A DNA stretch of 64,000 bases from NCBI RefSeq assembly GCF_030028105.1, contig NW_027274494.1, forward strand, positions 1 to 64,000, read 5' to 3'. The position numbers and the translations under genes are program-made. Under the pieces are notes generated by a model that was not told where the DNA came from, searched no databases, and saw only the letters and a program-made list of their open reading frames with translations. This DNA is from Mobula birostris. Lineage: Eukaryota. Positions 9,600-21,464 of the stretch are shown here, one piece after another. Numbering within the stretch: the first letter of the stretch is position 1; each line of letters opens with the position of its first letter.

Positions 9600-11070
9600 G
9601 TCGATAAGATATGGGAGCAGTGTTATGCCATTTGGCCCATCCAGTCTGCTCGCCATTCCATCATGTCTCATCCATTTCCCTCACAGCCCCAATTTCCTGC
9701 ATTTGAACCGTATTCCTTCATGCCCTGACAAATCAAGAAACTGGCAAACTCTCACTTCAATATACCCAATGTCAGACTTCACAGCCGCCCGTATAACACA
9801 TTCCACAGATTTACCAAGCTATGGCGAAATAAATTCCTCCCTAATCCGTTCGTAAAGGTCAGAACTCCATTCCGTTGTGTCTCCACTGATCTTAGACTTT
9901 CACACCACGGGGAACTTTCTCTCCACATATTCATTGTTGAGGCCTTTAAACATGAGATTGGTTTCAGCGTCACCTCATTATTCTGAGTTCCAGCCATTAA
10001 ACGCTTCTGATTTGATAAGCATTTCAATTCCGGAGTTATTCCCGTGAACCTCCTTTCAACCCTTTCCAATGCAAGCGCATCTGGCCGAATTTGGAAACGG
10101 ACTCAGAACTGCTCACAATACACGGTGAGGCCTCACCAATGCTTTATAGAGCCTCAGTGTCACATCCTTCTGTAATCCTCAGCCTCGGCTCGCACGGGAT
10201 CTTCAAGGGGAAAACAACTTCCGGCGCCGCCTGACAGAGAAATCTCCTTCGTGTGGATGCTGCGTGATCTGTTGCCCGGTTACAAATCCGCACCGCAAAA
10301 TATCAAACACTACACAATATGCGATTAAACGATTGATCTTTATAATTCTTAGTTTGAACTACATGGTTAGTAAAAAAAAACAATAAAAAAGAAGAGGGCC
10401 CACTCTCATGAAGCAGTCCATTGCCCATCGTTGGGGCTCACTTTCTTTAATTTGGTCCCGTCAGCTTCCAAGTGTAGCCGGACCTTGGACCGTCGCTCCT
10501 CAGTCCACTCCGCCCCGTGGTCTTCTGACCCTCTCCATTCGTGTCCTCTCTCTCCATCGCTCTCCGACGAACGAACGCGAACAATCCGGCTCCCAGACAC
10601 ACAGGAAAGAACAACATTTCCCCCATTGAATATCCCCTGCATGCCAAAGTCCTGTTATCTCCAGTCATCACCCAAACGTTGCTCTGCAGAGAAACCATTA
10701 CCCTAACAGTGCAACTTTTTCGACCAGCCATTACATCAGCTTTAGTAGTGAAACCTTGCTGCGCGTTACACTTGTTTTTATATTTAAACCTCTTGACATG
10801 ACCCCAGTGCGAACATGATATTTTGCTTCCTGTCCACCAAATCGACTGTAAAGTAACCTTTCGGGAATCCTGCACGAGGTCTCCCAATTCCCGTTGCACT
10901 GCAGATTTTTGGATTTTCTCTCCATTTAGAAAATTGCTTACGGCTTCATTTCTTGTACCAAAGTGCATGACCATACACATCCCGACACTTCATCCATCTG
11001 CCTCTTCCTTGCCCATTCGTCCAATCTCTCTAAAACTGACTTTAGCCTCTCTGCTTCCTCAGCGCTATCT
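9600..11070 (-). mobile_element. Degenerate CR1 3' half, interrupted by a solo LTR
   Basis: Minus-strand VMHFG..N....LNG....S..QRELG (10447-10980) and ERVERRFT (9779-10069). Confidence 0.75.
10171..10770 (-). mobile_element. Solo LTR (~600 bp)
   Basis: TGTAA...TTACA termini; 4-bp TSD cttc/cttg; interrupts CR1; homologous to 43061-43637. Confidence 0.75.
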
Positions 11071-11084
11071 GCAGATCGGTGATG

Positions 11085-11165
11085 TCACTGCCGATCTGCA
11101 CTGACTGAGGTTTCCCGGTGAGGATGTCCCGCATCCAGTTACTGAGGGAGGTACACGGGCCCAGT
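11085..11165 (-). mobile_element. Short Rex/Babar RT fragment
   Basis: Minus strand reads TSLSNWMRDILTGKPQSVQIG, a decayed [20 protein letters not shown] motif. Confidence 0.6.
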
Positions 11166-11168
11166 ATT

Positions 11169-11235
11169 CGTAGAACGGAGAATGTGACCGATCTCGACTG
11201 TGATGATAAAAATGGTGACGGGGATGTCCGGCCAT
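11169..11235 (-). pseudogene. Possible frameshifted signal-peptide exon of an unrelated gene (MAGHPR-PIFIITVEIGHIL.FYG)
   Basis: ATG at 11235 in aaATGg context and a hydrophobic leader after a 1-nt frameshift; polypyrimidine acceptors upstream; donor replaced by the Rex fragment. Resemblance to chondrichthyan B7/butyrophilin-like leaders is from memory only. Confidence 0.3.
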
Positions 11236-11339
11236 TTCACGACCTGTCCAGCGGGTGGCGCCTTTCCTGGGAAGAGAACAGCCGGCCGGTTAGTTATCAG
11301 ACAACCATCAGCTGCGAGTTCAGTGCGAGTGGAGAGACT

Positions 11340-14300
11340 GGGAAGAAAGAAAAGATGAGCGTTCGGGTGGTGGAGCAAGGGAGAGGGAAGAGAGAAACAG
11401 AGAGCTGATGTAGAGGGACAATGAGATAGAGAGGCATAGGGAGAGAGGTGATAGAGATCGGGTGGGAGCTGAAGAGAGGAGCAGGTTAGGGTCATTCATG
11501 AAGGATAGTGAGGGGGAGGCACTGAGCAATACCGAGAGAAAAAAAAAAACAGTGTAAACCGAGGGAAAAGGACTTGGATTGAGAAGGAAGGCAGAGAGAT
11601 AGAAAGAGAGAGGGACAGAGTTGGAGAAGGAGAGAGGGGAAAGGAAGGGCAGAGAAAGGGGAGTAGGATGGGGAGTGGGAGAGTGAGGGGCAGTTCAAGA
11701 GGGTGAGAAAGGTAGGATAAAGAAGATAAAGAGAGTAGAGAGTAGGGGAGAGAAGGGAAGGTGGGGAGAGAAAAGATTGAGGGTGGTCGAAGTGAGAGAA
11801 AGGAGTTGGTACAGAATGATGGCGACAGAAGAAGAATGGATGGAGTGAGGTAAGAGAAATTTGGAGATGGTTGAAGAGAGAGAAAGAGGGAGAGGGAGAG
11901 GTACAGGTGTCACAGTGGGGGTGGGTTGACGGAGAGAGAAGATATGGAAATAGAGGAAGTGAAATTGACAGAGATGGCGTGGCTGGTGGGCAGCGAACCT
12001 GAGTAAGACACAGGGAGGAAGGAGCAGGAGAATGGAGGGAGAGTAAGAGGGAGGCTGAAGGGATCGGGGAGGGAGAGGGAGGCTGAGTGGGAAGAGAGCC
12101 TGATGAGTTAAAGCGAGAGGAAAAGGCGACAAGGAGGGTGCAGAAAGAGCTAGAAGAAACGGGGTGGTGTAGTGAAAAGGAGAGGGACGTGGAGGGGAAT
12201 CCACGCTGGCTCTCACCTCGCCGTGCGCCGTCCCTTCCTGGGATATTCCTGACCGGATTTTTCAAACCTTCACAGAGAGGCAGAGACTGCAAGAGTGTAG
12301 GATAGGGTGACCTGGCAGAATTACCCCAATTCAAAGCCCCCTTAACACCCTTCCAATCTCCTCTGTCCTCTTCCTCACCTCTCTACCCCGTCTACCTCTC
12401 CCTCTTTTTCAGATCCCCATTCTCCTTCTGATCGAGGCACCATCAGGGCTGGGGAAAAGATGACCTCGCCTGTGTTATCAAGCCTCAAATCCACCCTCTA
12501 CCCCACAGCTAATCTTGAACCAAAGCTCCACAACGCCCCCGGGATAACTCCACAATCATCTCTCATCCAACCTCCGTGATCTTATCTCCTTCTGTCCTGA
12601 TGCCCTTTGTCTCCCTCTCGAAACGTTCACTCCCTCCGACCCATCTCCACCCTCCGCTTCCCTCCCATTGACCTACCGCCCTCTCATACAACTTGCGTGT
12701 CCCTCCCTCCCACTTTCCATTCCCATAACCTGACCCTCTACCACCCTCACTCCTCCCTCCCATGCAAAACCCTCCTCTCTTTCCCTTCCTCTCCTCGCCT
12801 CTCCACAAAGCCCATCAGAGAATAATATGAAACCCATCCTTCCACCAATTTACAAAGGATGGAAGGGGCGCGGGGGAGTTGTGGGGAGGGTGGAGAGTGG
12901 ACACAGAGTTTTCTGTCGTAGAAGGAGGGAGGGATGCAGCGGGCGGGATGTATCGGTAGGGAGAGAAGGGAGGGTGAGGGAAGAAGTCGATGGCGGGCTA
13001 AAGAGTGAGGGATAGATGAGGGTAGGGAGCGGGCAAGAGGAATGAAAAGAGAAGGCGAAGGGTTGCGATATGGACAGTGGGAAGTAGAGGAAGGGAGATG
13101 TGGCAAAGAGGTGAAAAAAAGTAGGGAAGGAGAAAGGTGGGAGGGTGAGGGAGCGAGAGAGGATGATGGAGAAAGAGAAGAGGGATGGAGGATGATGGAG
13201 AAATAGAAGAGGGATGGAGGATGGTGGTGAGTGGAGAGGCCCATAATGAGAAGGAGCAGAGGAGGTACGTTCCCAATATTGGGAGGGTGGAGAGGCGGAA
13301 AGTGGAGCGAAGCGGAGAAGCAGGGGGAGTAGGATATGGGAGGAACGGACGGGAGTGATGGAGGAGAAAACAAGGCGACAGAGAGAGGCAGAGAGATGAG
13401 GAAAGGGATTGTCAAGTAGAGGGATGGGAGGTGGGGGGCGCTGAAGTTGGGAGGTGAAAAGGAGACGGAGCACAAAGGTGGGAGGAAACTCCTCCTCGGA
13501 ATCCCGGCTCCTGAGACAGAGGAATGAGTGGTCTGGAGGGAGGTAAGAAGAATGAGAAGGGAGGATGAGGGAGTTGAATGAAGAAAGAGGAGGGAAGAGA
13601 TGAATGAAGGGGATACTGGTATGGGGAGGGGAATATAGGTCTGGGAGAGGGAGTTGGGGTGAGCGCATTGGACGGGTTGGGAGGTGGTGGGGACGGAAAG
13701 AAGGGAAGCAGGGCAGAAGGAGCAGTTGCAGGCTGGGAGCTGCGGGGAGAGAAGGACGGTGAGTGGGAGACGAAAGCAGGAGCGAGCGGGCAAGCGGGAA
13801 ACAGGAATGAAGTGCTGCAAGAGAAAGAGGAAGGTTGAGTGGAGGAGTGAGGAAGGGTGGGGGGGATATGGAGCAAAGGAGGGGCGGGTAATGGGGAGGA
13901 AAAAAGGAATCTGAGACATGGCTGGTTGAATCGGTGAAAATAGTATCAAGTTCCCAAACTCAACCACCACACGCCCGCCTCCACTAGAAAGGCGGAAGAG
14001 TCGGGGAATGGTTGGGCAGGGCGATATCTCTGAATCGGGGTGACAAGTGAGTTGGTGGTGCAGGGGAGAAAGAGAGAGGGGCAGGCAGATGTGGGAGAGG
14101 GGTAAGGTAATGGGGAAGAGGTGAGATTGGGGGAAGGTGGGACAGAAGAGGAGAGATGAATGGTGGAGGCAAAGTGGTGAGAGAGAAGGGACAGAGAGAG
14201 AGAAAGACATGGGATAAGGAGGGAAGATAGACTGCGTCACTGGAAGTGGAAGACGAGGAATAGCTGTGGAGGGAATGTTTGGTGGGGAGCTGTTGACTCT

Positions 14301-15000
14301 ACTCGGAGTGAGAGGGGTCACTCACCTCCGTGGGGTTTGGGTGTTTGCCCTGGGGCCGTGGTTTCTCGGAGACACGTGGTCTGAATTCCCGGCGATGGGC
14401 AGGAGCAGTGGGCCGTCGAAGGCGGAAAAGGGAATCCAACCAGGGGATGCAAATCTCTGGGAAAATATAGGCTCTCTGTGAGTGACACAAATCCCTCTGA
14501 CATTCCGTATACTCTTACATTCCATTATTGTCACTCCCCTTCCACTACTCTCCCTCAATCGTCCGTATTCCTTCTCGTTCATCCGTCCCTTCCTTCGCTC
14601 TTCTCTCTCATCTGTACCACCCTCTCTCTCCTCCATATCCTCCTCTTCGTTCCTTCTCACTCCATCTCTCTCCCTCTCTCTGCTCCCTACCCTCCTCTCC
14701 ACTCTCTCTTATTCCATCTCTCCCTCTCTCCCGTCCTTATCCACGCACCCACTACCACTCTATTTCTCTATCCATCTCCCTCGTCCCCTCCCGTTTCTCC
14801 ATCTCCATCACCCCCTTCACACCCACCGTCCAATCTCACAACACTCCCTCTTCTCTCATGCCCTCTATCTACTCAGTCCACCGTTACCCACTTAAATCGC
14901 CCTGTCGACCCCCAATCACCCCCTCTATCTCTCTTCCCCTCTTTCACCCCACTCTCACTACTGCTCCCCCCGCCACTCTGATCTTTCTCGACAACCCTCT
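11340..15000. repeat. Alternating polypurine/polypyrimidine low-complexity blocks (R 11340-12190, Y 12330-12810, R 12860-14260, Y 14520-15000)
   Basis: Visible GA/CT skew with sharp switches; source of the long Pro/Leu/Ser ORFs. Confidence 0.9.
14233..14483 (+). promoter_or_regulatory. Putative promoter/5' non-coding exon of gene B, paralogous to 62171-62410
   Basis: Blocks conserved with the gene G copy: tgcgtcactgga, ggggccgtggtttctc, ATGCAAAT octamer (14447-14454), gtgacacaaatccctc; GTGAGT donor at 14478 and a tttgcag acceptor ending 15080. Confidence 0.55.
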
Positions 15001-15172
15001 CGCACGAACTCCACCCACACTTCCCGCAACAACCTGCTCTCGGTTCCTCTTTTCATCGGCGATTCATCTGCTGTTTGCAGGTTTCGGTCTGACTCCCTTA
15101 TCATCACGGGTTTCTTCAGACCAAGGTTGCTTCCCCTTTCTGAGTTCAGAGACACAGAGAATCGCCGACAGG

Positions 15173-15237
15173 AAGGACGACAGCAGAATTACCTGCATAT
15201 GAAGTTCACAAAACGGACTCACTGTCTCCTTCCCGAG
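15173..15237 (+). pseudogene. Gene B cytoplasmic exon remnant (reconstructs as MDDSENYLHMKFTKTDSLSPSR)
   Basis: Aligns to the intact exon 63062-63128; donor G|gtgagt at 15238. Confidence 0.8.
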
Positions 15238-15279
15238 GTGAGTGGGACAGAAGGATGGAGGGAGAGAGTTTCAAACTTT

Positions 15280-15995
15280 GTCTGACCCCAAGGGCTTGTT
15301 AATGAGACAGTGTGGACGCAGCGTCACTTTTCGTCTGACCCTGGGGCTTGTGATTTTTCAGTGCGGAGGGAGCTTGACTTTGGCTCTCACTCCGGCATTC
15401 TGTGAAGAGACGGTCTTCAGGGAGTTGCAATCAATTCTGAACCCGAGGGTGTGTGATGTGACAGTGTGGAAGGAGCCTCAACACATGTCTGACCCCGGGA
15501 GTGTGTAATGGGACGGTGTAGAGGGTGCTTCACTCTCTGTCTAACCCCGGGAGTGTGTGGAGGGAGATTCAATGTGTGTCTGAACCCGGAGTGTGTGATG
15601 GGACGGTGTGGGGAGAGATTCACTCTGTGTCTGACCCCGGGAGTGTGTGATGGGACGGTGTAGAGGGTGCTTCATTCTCTGTCTAACCCCGGGAGTGTGT
15701 GGAGGGAGATTCACTCTGTGTCTGACCCGGGAGTGTGTGATGGGACGGTGTGGGGGGAGCTTCTCTCTGTGTCTGACCCCGGGATTGTGTGATGCGGCGG
15801 TGTGGAGGGACCTTCACTCTGTGTCTAACACGGGAGTGTGTGATGGGACGGTGTGGAGGGAGCTTCATTCTGTGTCTGACTACGGGAGTATCTAATGCGA
15901 CAGTGTGGGTTGAATTCACTCTGTGTCTGACCCCGGAAGTGTGTGATGAGATGATAAGACGGTTTGAAGGGAGCTTCACTCTGTGTCTCACCCGG
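15280..15995 (+). repeat. 52-bp minisatellite array after exon 1 of gene B
   Basis: Repeating gggagtgtgtgatgggacggtgtggaggg...tctgacccc. Confidence 0.9.
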
Positions 15996-16079
15996 GAGTT
16001 TGTGGCCTCCACTCTCCTCCATTCCCTCCCTTTTCCCACAGCACACAATTCCTTCTCTATGATTCTTAACTCAGGTAGT

Positions 16080-16860
16080 GAGTTGCCAGTGGTCCTGACC
16101 CATATAGGTACCAATAACATCGGTGTGTATAGGGAAGTGTTCAGACAAAGTGACGTCAGTGATTCAGTTTTTAAATTAAAGGATAGGACCACTGCAACAG
16201 TGAGATCAGACATAGGAAGACCGTACAGTTTAGCGCGTGGTCAAAAAAAAAGTGTAGGTGGGAGGGTTTCAAAATTTTGGATCACTGTGACCTTTCCAAG
16301 GAAGGTGGGATCTTTACGGAAGAGATGGAGAAGGTTTACACCTAAGCTGGAGAGGAACGAATATCCCAGCGAGAAGTTTTGCCAGAACTGTGCATGAGGG
16401 TTTTGGGGACAGTTGTTAAACTCGAGTTGCAGGGACGTGGGCCTCAGATTGCAGCATGTTTGTTACTGGTGTCCTAATCTGCGTAACCTTCAATGCTGGA
16501 CGATTTAAGTAAAGGCGGATGTGCTCAGGGCATGAATCAACACATTGAATTATAATACTGTTGCCATTATTGAGACTTGGTTGCAGGCGGAGCAAGCCGG
16601 ACAGCACGAGATTTCGGGTTCCCCTATTTTTAGTGGTCAAAAAGCGGAAGGAATCAATGGAGGAGGGGTGACATTACCAGGCTGAGAAAATGTCTCCGGA
16701 GAGCCCTGTCAGCACAGGCAAGAGAACTCGTCTAAGTGAGGCATTATGGGTGAGAATGAGGAATAAGAAATATATGACCATTTCATGGTGCTGCATTATG
16801 GACCAGACAACAGTCCGCTCGATTAAGGGAAACAAATTTGTCGAGAGATCGTAGACTGTT
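16080..16860 (+). mobile_element. Degenerate CR1 ORF1 (SGNH esterase)/APE fragments
   Basis: VVLTHIGTNNIG motif, then decayed I..ETWLQ...GGGV. Confidence 0.6.
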
Positions 16861-16864
16861 GTGA

Positions 16865-19855
16865 ACCATAGAAACCGTAGAAAAATTACAGCGCAGAAAC
16901 AGGCCTTCTGGCCCTTCTTGGGTGTGCCGAACCATTTTCTGCCTAGTCCCACTGACCTGCACACAGACCATATCACCCCATACACCTCCCATCCATGTAT
17001 CTGTCCAATTTAATCTCAATTGTTAAAAAAGAACCCGCATTTACCACCTCGTCTGGCAGCTCATTCCATACTCCCACCACTCTCTGTGTGAAGAAGCCCT
17101 CCCCTTAACACATGTCCTTTTTTTTATCTCCCCTTGCCTCAGTGGAAAAATCCTTTTTGCATTCATTCTATCTATACCCACCGTAATTTTATATAACTCT
17201 ATCAAATAGAAACATAGAAACACAGAAAATAGGTGCAGGAGTAGGCCATTCGGCCCTTCGAGCCTGCACCGCCATTCTGTATGATCATGGCTGATCATCT
17301 AACTCAGAACCCTGTACCAGCCTTCTCTCCATACCCCCTGATCCCTTTAGCCACAATGGCCATATCTAACTCCCTCTTAAATATAGCCAATGAACTGGCC
17401 TCAACTGTTTCCTGTGGTAGAGAATTCCACAGATTTAACAGTCTCTGTGTGAAGTTCTTCCTAATCTCCGTCCTAAAAGGCTTCCACTCTATCCTCAAAC
17501 TGTGACCCCTCGTTCTGAACTTCCCCAACATCGGGAACAATCTCCTTGCATCCAGCCTGTCCAGCCCTTTAGCATTTTGTACTTTTCAATATGATCCCCC
17601 ACGCTCAATCTTCTAAATTCCAACGAGTATAAGCCTAGTTGATCCAATCTTTCATCATATGAAAGCCCTGCCATCGCAGGAATCAATCTGGTGAACATTC
17701 TTTGGACACCCTCGGTGGCAAGAATATCTTTCCTCAGGCTAGGGGACCAAAACTGCACGCAATACTCCAAGTGTGCTCTCACCAAGGCCTTGTATAACTG
17801 CAGTAGTACCTCCCTCTCCTGTACTCGAATCCTCTTGGTATGAATGCCAGCATACCATTCGCCTTTTTTCACCGCCTGCTGTACCTGCATGCCCACTTTC
17901 AATGACTGGTGTATAATGACACCCAGATCTCGTTGCACCTCCCCTTTTCCTAATCGGCCATCATTCAGATAATAATCTGTTTTCATGTTCTTTCCACCAA
18001 AGTGGATAACCTCACATTTATCCACATTAAATTGCATCTGCCATGAATTTGCCCACTCAACTAATCCATCCAAGTCTCCCTGCCTGCTCTTAGCATCCTC
18101 CTCACAGCTAAAACTGCCGCCTAGCTTCGCGTCATCCGCAAACTTGGAGATGCTGCATTTAATTCCCTCATCTAAGTCATTAATATATATTATCAACAAC
18201 TGGGGTCCCAGCACTGAGCCTTGCTGTACCTCACTAGTCACTGCCTGCCATTCTGAAAAGGTCCCGTTTATTCCCAGTCTTTGCTTCCTGTCTGCCAACC
18301 AATTCTCTATCCACATCACTACCTTACCCCCAATACTGTGTGCTTTAAGCTTGCAGAATAATCCCCTGTGTGGGACCTTGTCAAAAGCCTTTTGAAAATC
18401 GAAATATACCACATCCACTGGTTCTCTCCTATCCACTCTACTAGTTACATCCTAAAAATTTCTTTCAGATTTGTCAGACATGATTTTACTTTCACAAATC
18501 CATGCTGACTTTGTCCGATGATTTCACCGCTTTCCAAATGTGCTGTTATCACATCGTTGATAACTGACTCTAACATTTATCCCAGCACCGATGTTAGGCT
18601 AACCGGTCTATAATTCACCGGTTTTTTCTCGCTCCCTTTTTTTAAGAGGCGGGGTTACATAAGCCACCCTCCAATCCTCAGGAACTAGTCCAGAATCTAA
18701 AGAGTTTTGAAAAATTATCACTAATGCATCCACTATTTCTTGAGCTACTTCCTTAAGCACTCTGGGATTCAGACTATCTGGCCCGTGGGATTTATCTGCC
18801 TTTAATCCCTTCAATTTACCTAACGCCACCTCCCTACTAACATTTATTTCCCTCAGTTCCTCCATCTCACTAGACCCTCAGTCCCGTACTATTTCCGAAA
18901 GATTATTTATGTCCTCCTTAGTGAAGACGGGCCCAAAGTAGTTATTTGATTGGTCTGCCATGTCCTTGCTCCCCATAATCAATTCACCTGTTTCTGTCTG
19001 TAGGGGACCTACATTTGTCTTTACCAGTCTTTTTATTTTTTTCCTTTTTACATATCTATAAAAGCTTTTACAGTGAGTTTTTATGTTCCCTGCCAGTTTT
19101 CTCTCACAATCTTGTTTTCCCTTCCTAATTAAGCTCGTTGTCCTCCTCTGCTGGACTCTGAATTTCTCCCAGTCCTCAGGTGAGCCGCTTTTTCTGGCTA
19201 ATTTGTATGCTTCTTCTTTGGAATTGATACTATCCCTAATTTCCCTTGTCAGCCACGGGTGGACTACCTTACCTGATTTATTCTTTTGACAAACTGGGAT
19301 GAACAATTGTTGTTCCTCATTCTTCTACGATCCAGGGAATAAAGTCCTAACCTATTCAACCTTTCTCTGTAACTGAGCTTGTTAAGTTCCGGCAACATCA
19401 TTGTAAACCTTCTCTGTACTCTTTCAAACTTATTAATACCCTTCCTGTAATTTGGTGATCATAATTGAACACAATAGTCGAGATCTGGCCTCGCCAATAC
19501 CTTATACAACCTCATGATAACACTCCAGCTCTTATACTCAATACTTTGATTAATAAATACCAATGTACCAAAAGCTCGCTTTACGACCCTACCTACCTGT
19601 GACTCCACTTTAAGGAATTTTGTCTCTGCATTCCCAGATCCCTCTGTTCTACTGCACTCCTCACAGCCTTACCATTAACCCTGTATGTTCTACCTTGGTT
19701 TGTCTTTCCAAAGTGCAATACCTCACACTTCTATGCATTAAACTCCATCTGCCGTTTTTCAGATATTTTTCCAGCTGGCCCAAGTCCCTCTGCCAACTTT
19801 GAAAACCTTCCTCACTGTCCACTACTCCTCCAATCTTTGTATCATCGGCAAATTG
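16865..19855 (-). mobile_element. CR1 3' fragment (16865-17205 and 19320-19855) hosting a younger CR1 ORF2 3' half (17208-19315)
   Basis: ORF 17495-18436 has DFQKAFDKVPH, QGSVLGP and KFADD; (tttctatg)n tail near 17208; the host resumes at 19320. Confidence 0.9.
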
Positions 19856-20721
19856 GACAACATCGGTGTCGTGGAGAGGAGAGACTTGCAGCATGGGCAA
19901 CTGCCGGTCTTCCATTCAACCATGCCCAGGCCTGCGCCCTGGATAGTGAAGACTTTCCAGGCACAGATCCATGGTCTCGAAAGACTAACAGATGCCTTAA
20001 TAATATAGCTGGTAATTTGAAGCCCAAGCGCTATTTAACCACAGTGCCCTAGGGGAAGTCCTAGACCGGCACTAGTGGTAAATCTTGAAGGAGAGGGTGA
20101 CTTCTGTGTACACGGATGGGTTTCACACACTGAGAATGCAGAGGAGAACAAAGGAAACGAGCGACAGGGCAGATAGGAATTGGGAAAGAATTTGACATTT
20201 CTGAATTCACTAATTGATTTCTGGTTGCCCGGTTACGGGAAGAGTGTGGGGGTGCCTGGAATAGAGAGTATAATCTATAAGCAGATGGCCCAGACAGACT
20301 GTGTGTTTACCTGGTTCGGTGGAGTCTGTAGGGTGAACTGATACAGTTCTGTATCATTACGATATACACTGGTACACCGTATATCCGGTGTATTTCTCTG
20401 CAGCAGCGGAGTCTGGGGGTGTGGGGGGTCGGGGAGGAGACGCAGGTTTATATCATTATGAGAGGTACAGGGAGTTCTGACAGCCGGTGTATTTCGTTCG
20501 AGCGGTGACAAGGACTGGAGGGAGATGGACATTGCGTCGGCAGAAAGGATTCATGGCATAGCACAAAATTGTGGCCGAAGGCCCTGTACATTTATGTGAT
20601 TTACGTGCACTGCTCTTCAGGAGGGGAGAGACGGATTTGAACTCAGAGAGTGGGAAGTGCAGGGTTGGATTAGATCAGGGAAGGTGACGAATAACAATGT
20701 CGAGGAACGATTTTTCGACAG

Positions 20722-20835
20722 ACGACATGGGCAGTGAACGATCCACATGGAGAGACCGATCAGACTCAAGCATATGGCTAATCGGCGTTTTAACAGCGAC
20801 TCTCATTATCACGGGTATCTGCTGGAGGATTCATG
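20722..20835 (+). pseudogene. Gene B TM exon (114 bp, phase 1-1), second TM type
   Basis: tcgacag|AC...CATG|gtgagt; DDMGSERSTWRDRSDSSIWLIGVLTATLIITGICWRIH; followed by the ~23-bp TM-neck repeat (20880-21450). Confidence 0.8.
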
Positions 20836-21464
20836 GTGAGTTCAACACCGTTCGTACCGACCAAACCACAGAGAATAAAAATGACCACTCTAACAGCGAC
20901 ACTCCCCTACATTACCCCGAAACACCCGGAACAGTGATAACAACACACCCCTCACTGCGGTACTGACGGGCCCCGTACCATGACCACCACACACCAATCA
21001 CTGTGACCCCGACACGACCGCCATCAACACATCCCTCAACATGATGCGACAAAACCCTCAAACTGATACCGACACACTCCATACTGTAATAAAGACTCAC
21101 AGTAACACCGACACGCCCTTCACCGTGGTGCCGACACGTCCCGCACTGTGACGTGGACACATCCTTCACTGTGACATAGTCACGTTCCTCATTTTGAATC
21201 GGACTCCTCCCTTATCGTGGCACCAACACTCACCCCACTGCATCGCTGACATAATGGTCGCCGTAAAAACAACACATCCCCCACCGTGACACCGACAAAC
21301 CCCTCACAGCTCGCCTATTCACCCCCCATTGTGATAACAGCACACCACTCACTTTGACACGAGCCCAGCACTGTGACGACACGTTCCTCGCTGTGACAGA
21401 GACACGCCCCTCACCATCAGACCGACACAAACTCACCGTGACACTTACACGCTCCGCATCTTAT

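Noticed and set aside
11492-15202. Long ORFs of 170-524 aa (e.g. 12747-14321)
   Set aside because: Pro/Leu/Ser-rich translations of polypyrimidine tracts that lack stop codons for compositional reasons; no domain signal.
19860-20000. Possible non-LTR/SINE 3' end (...ccatggtctcgaaagactaacagatgcc taataata)
   Set aside because: Looks like a repeat tail, but I cannot assign a family from the sequence alone.
20290-20530. Two related ~110-bp units upstream of the gene B TM exon as extra cytoplasmic exons
   Set aside because: No convincing donor, open frame or tyrosine motif.
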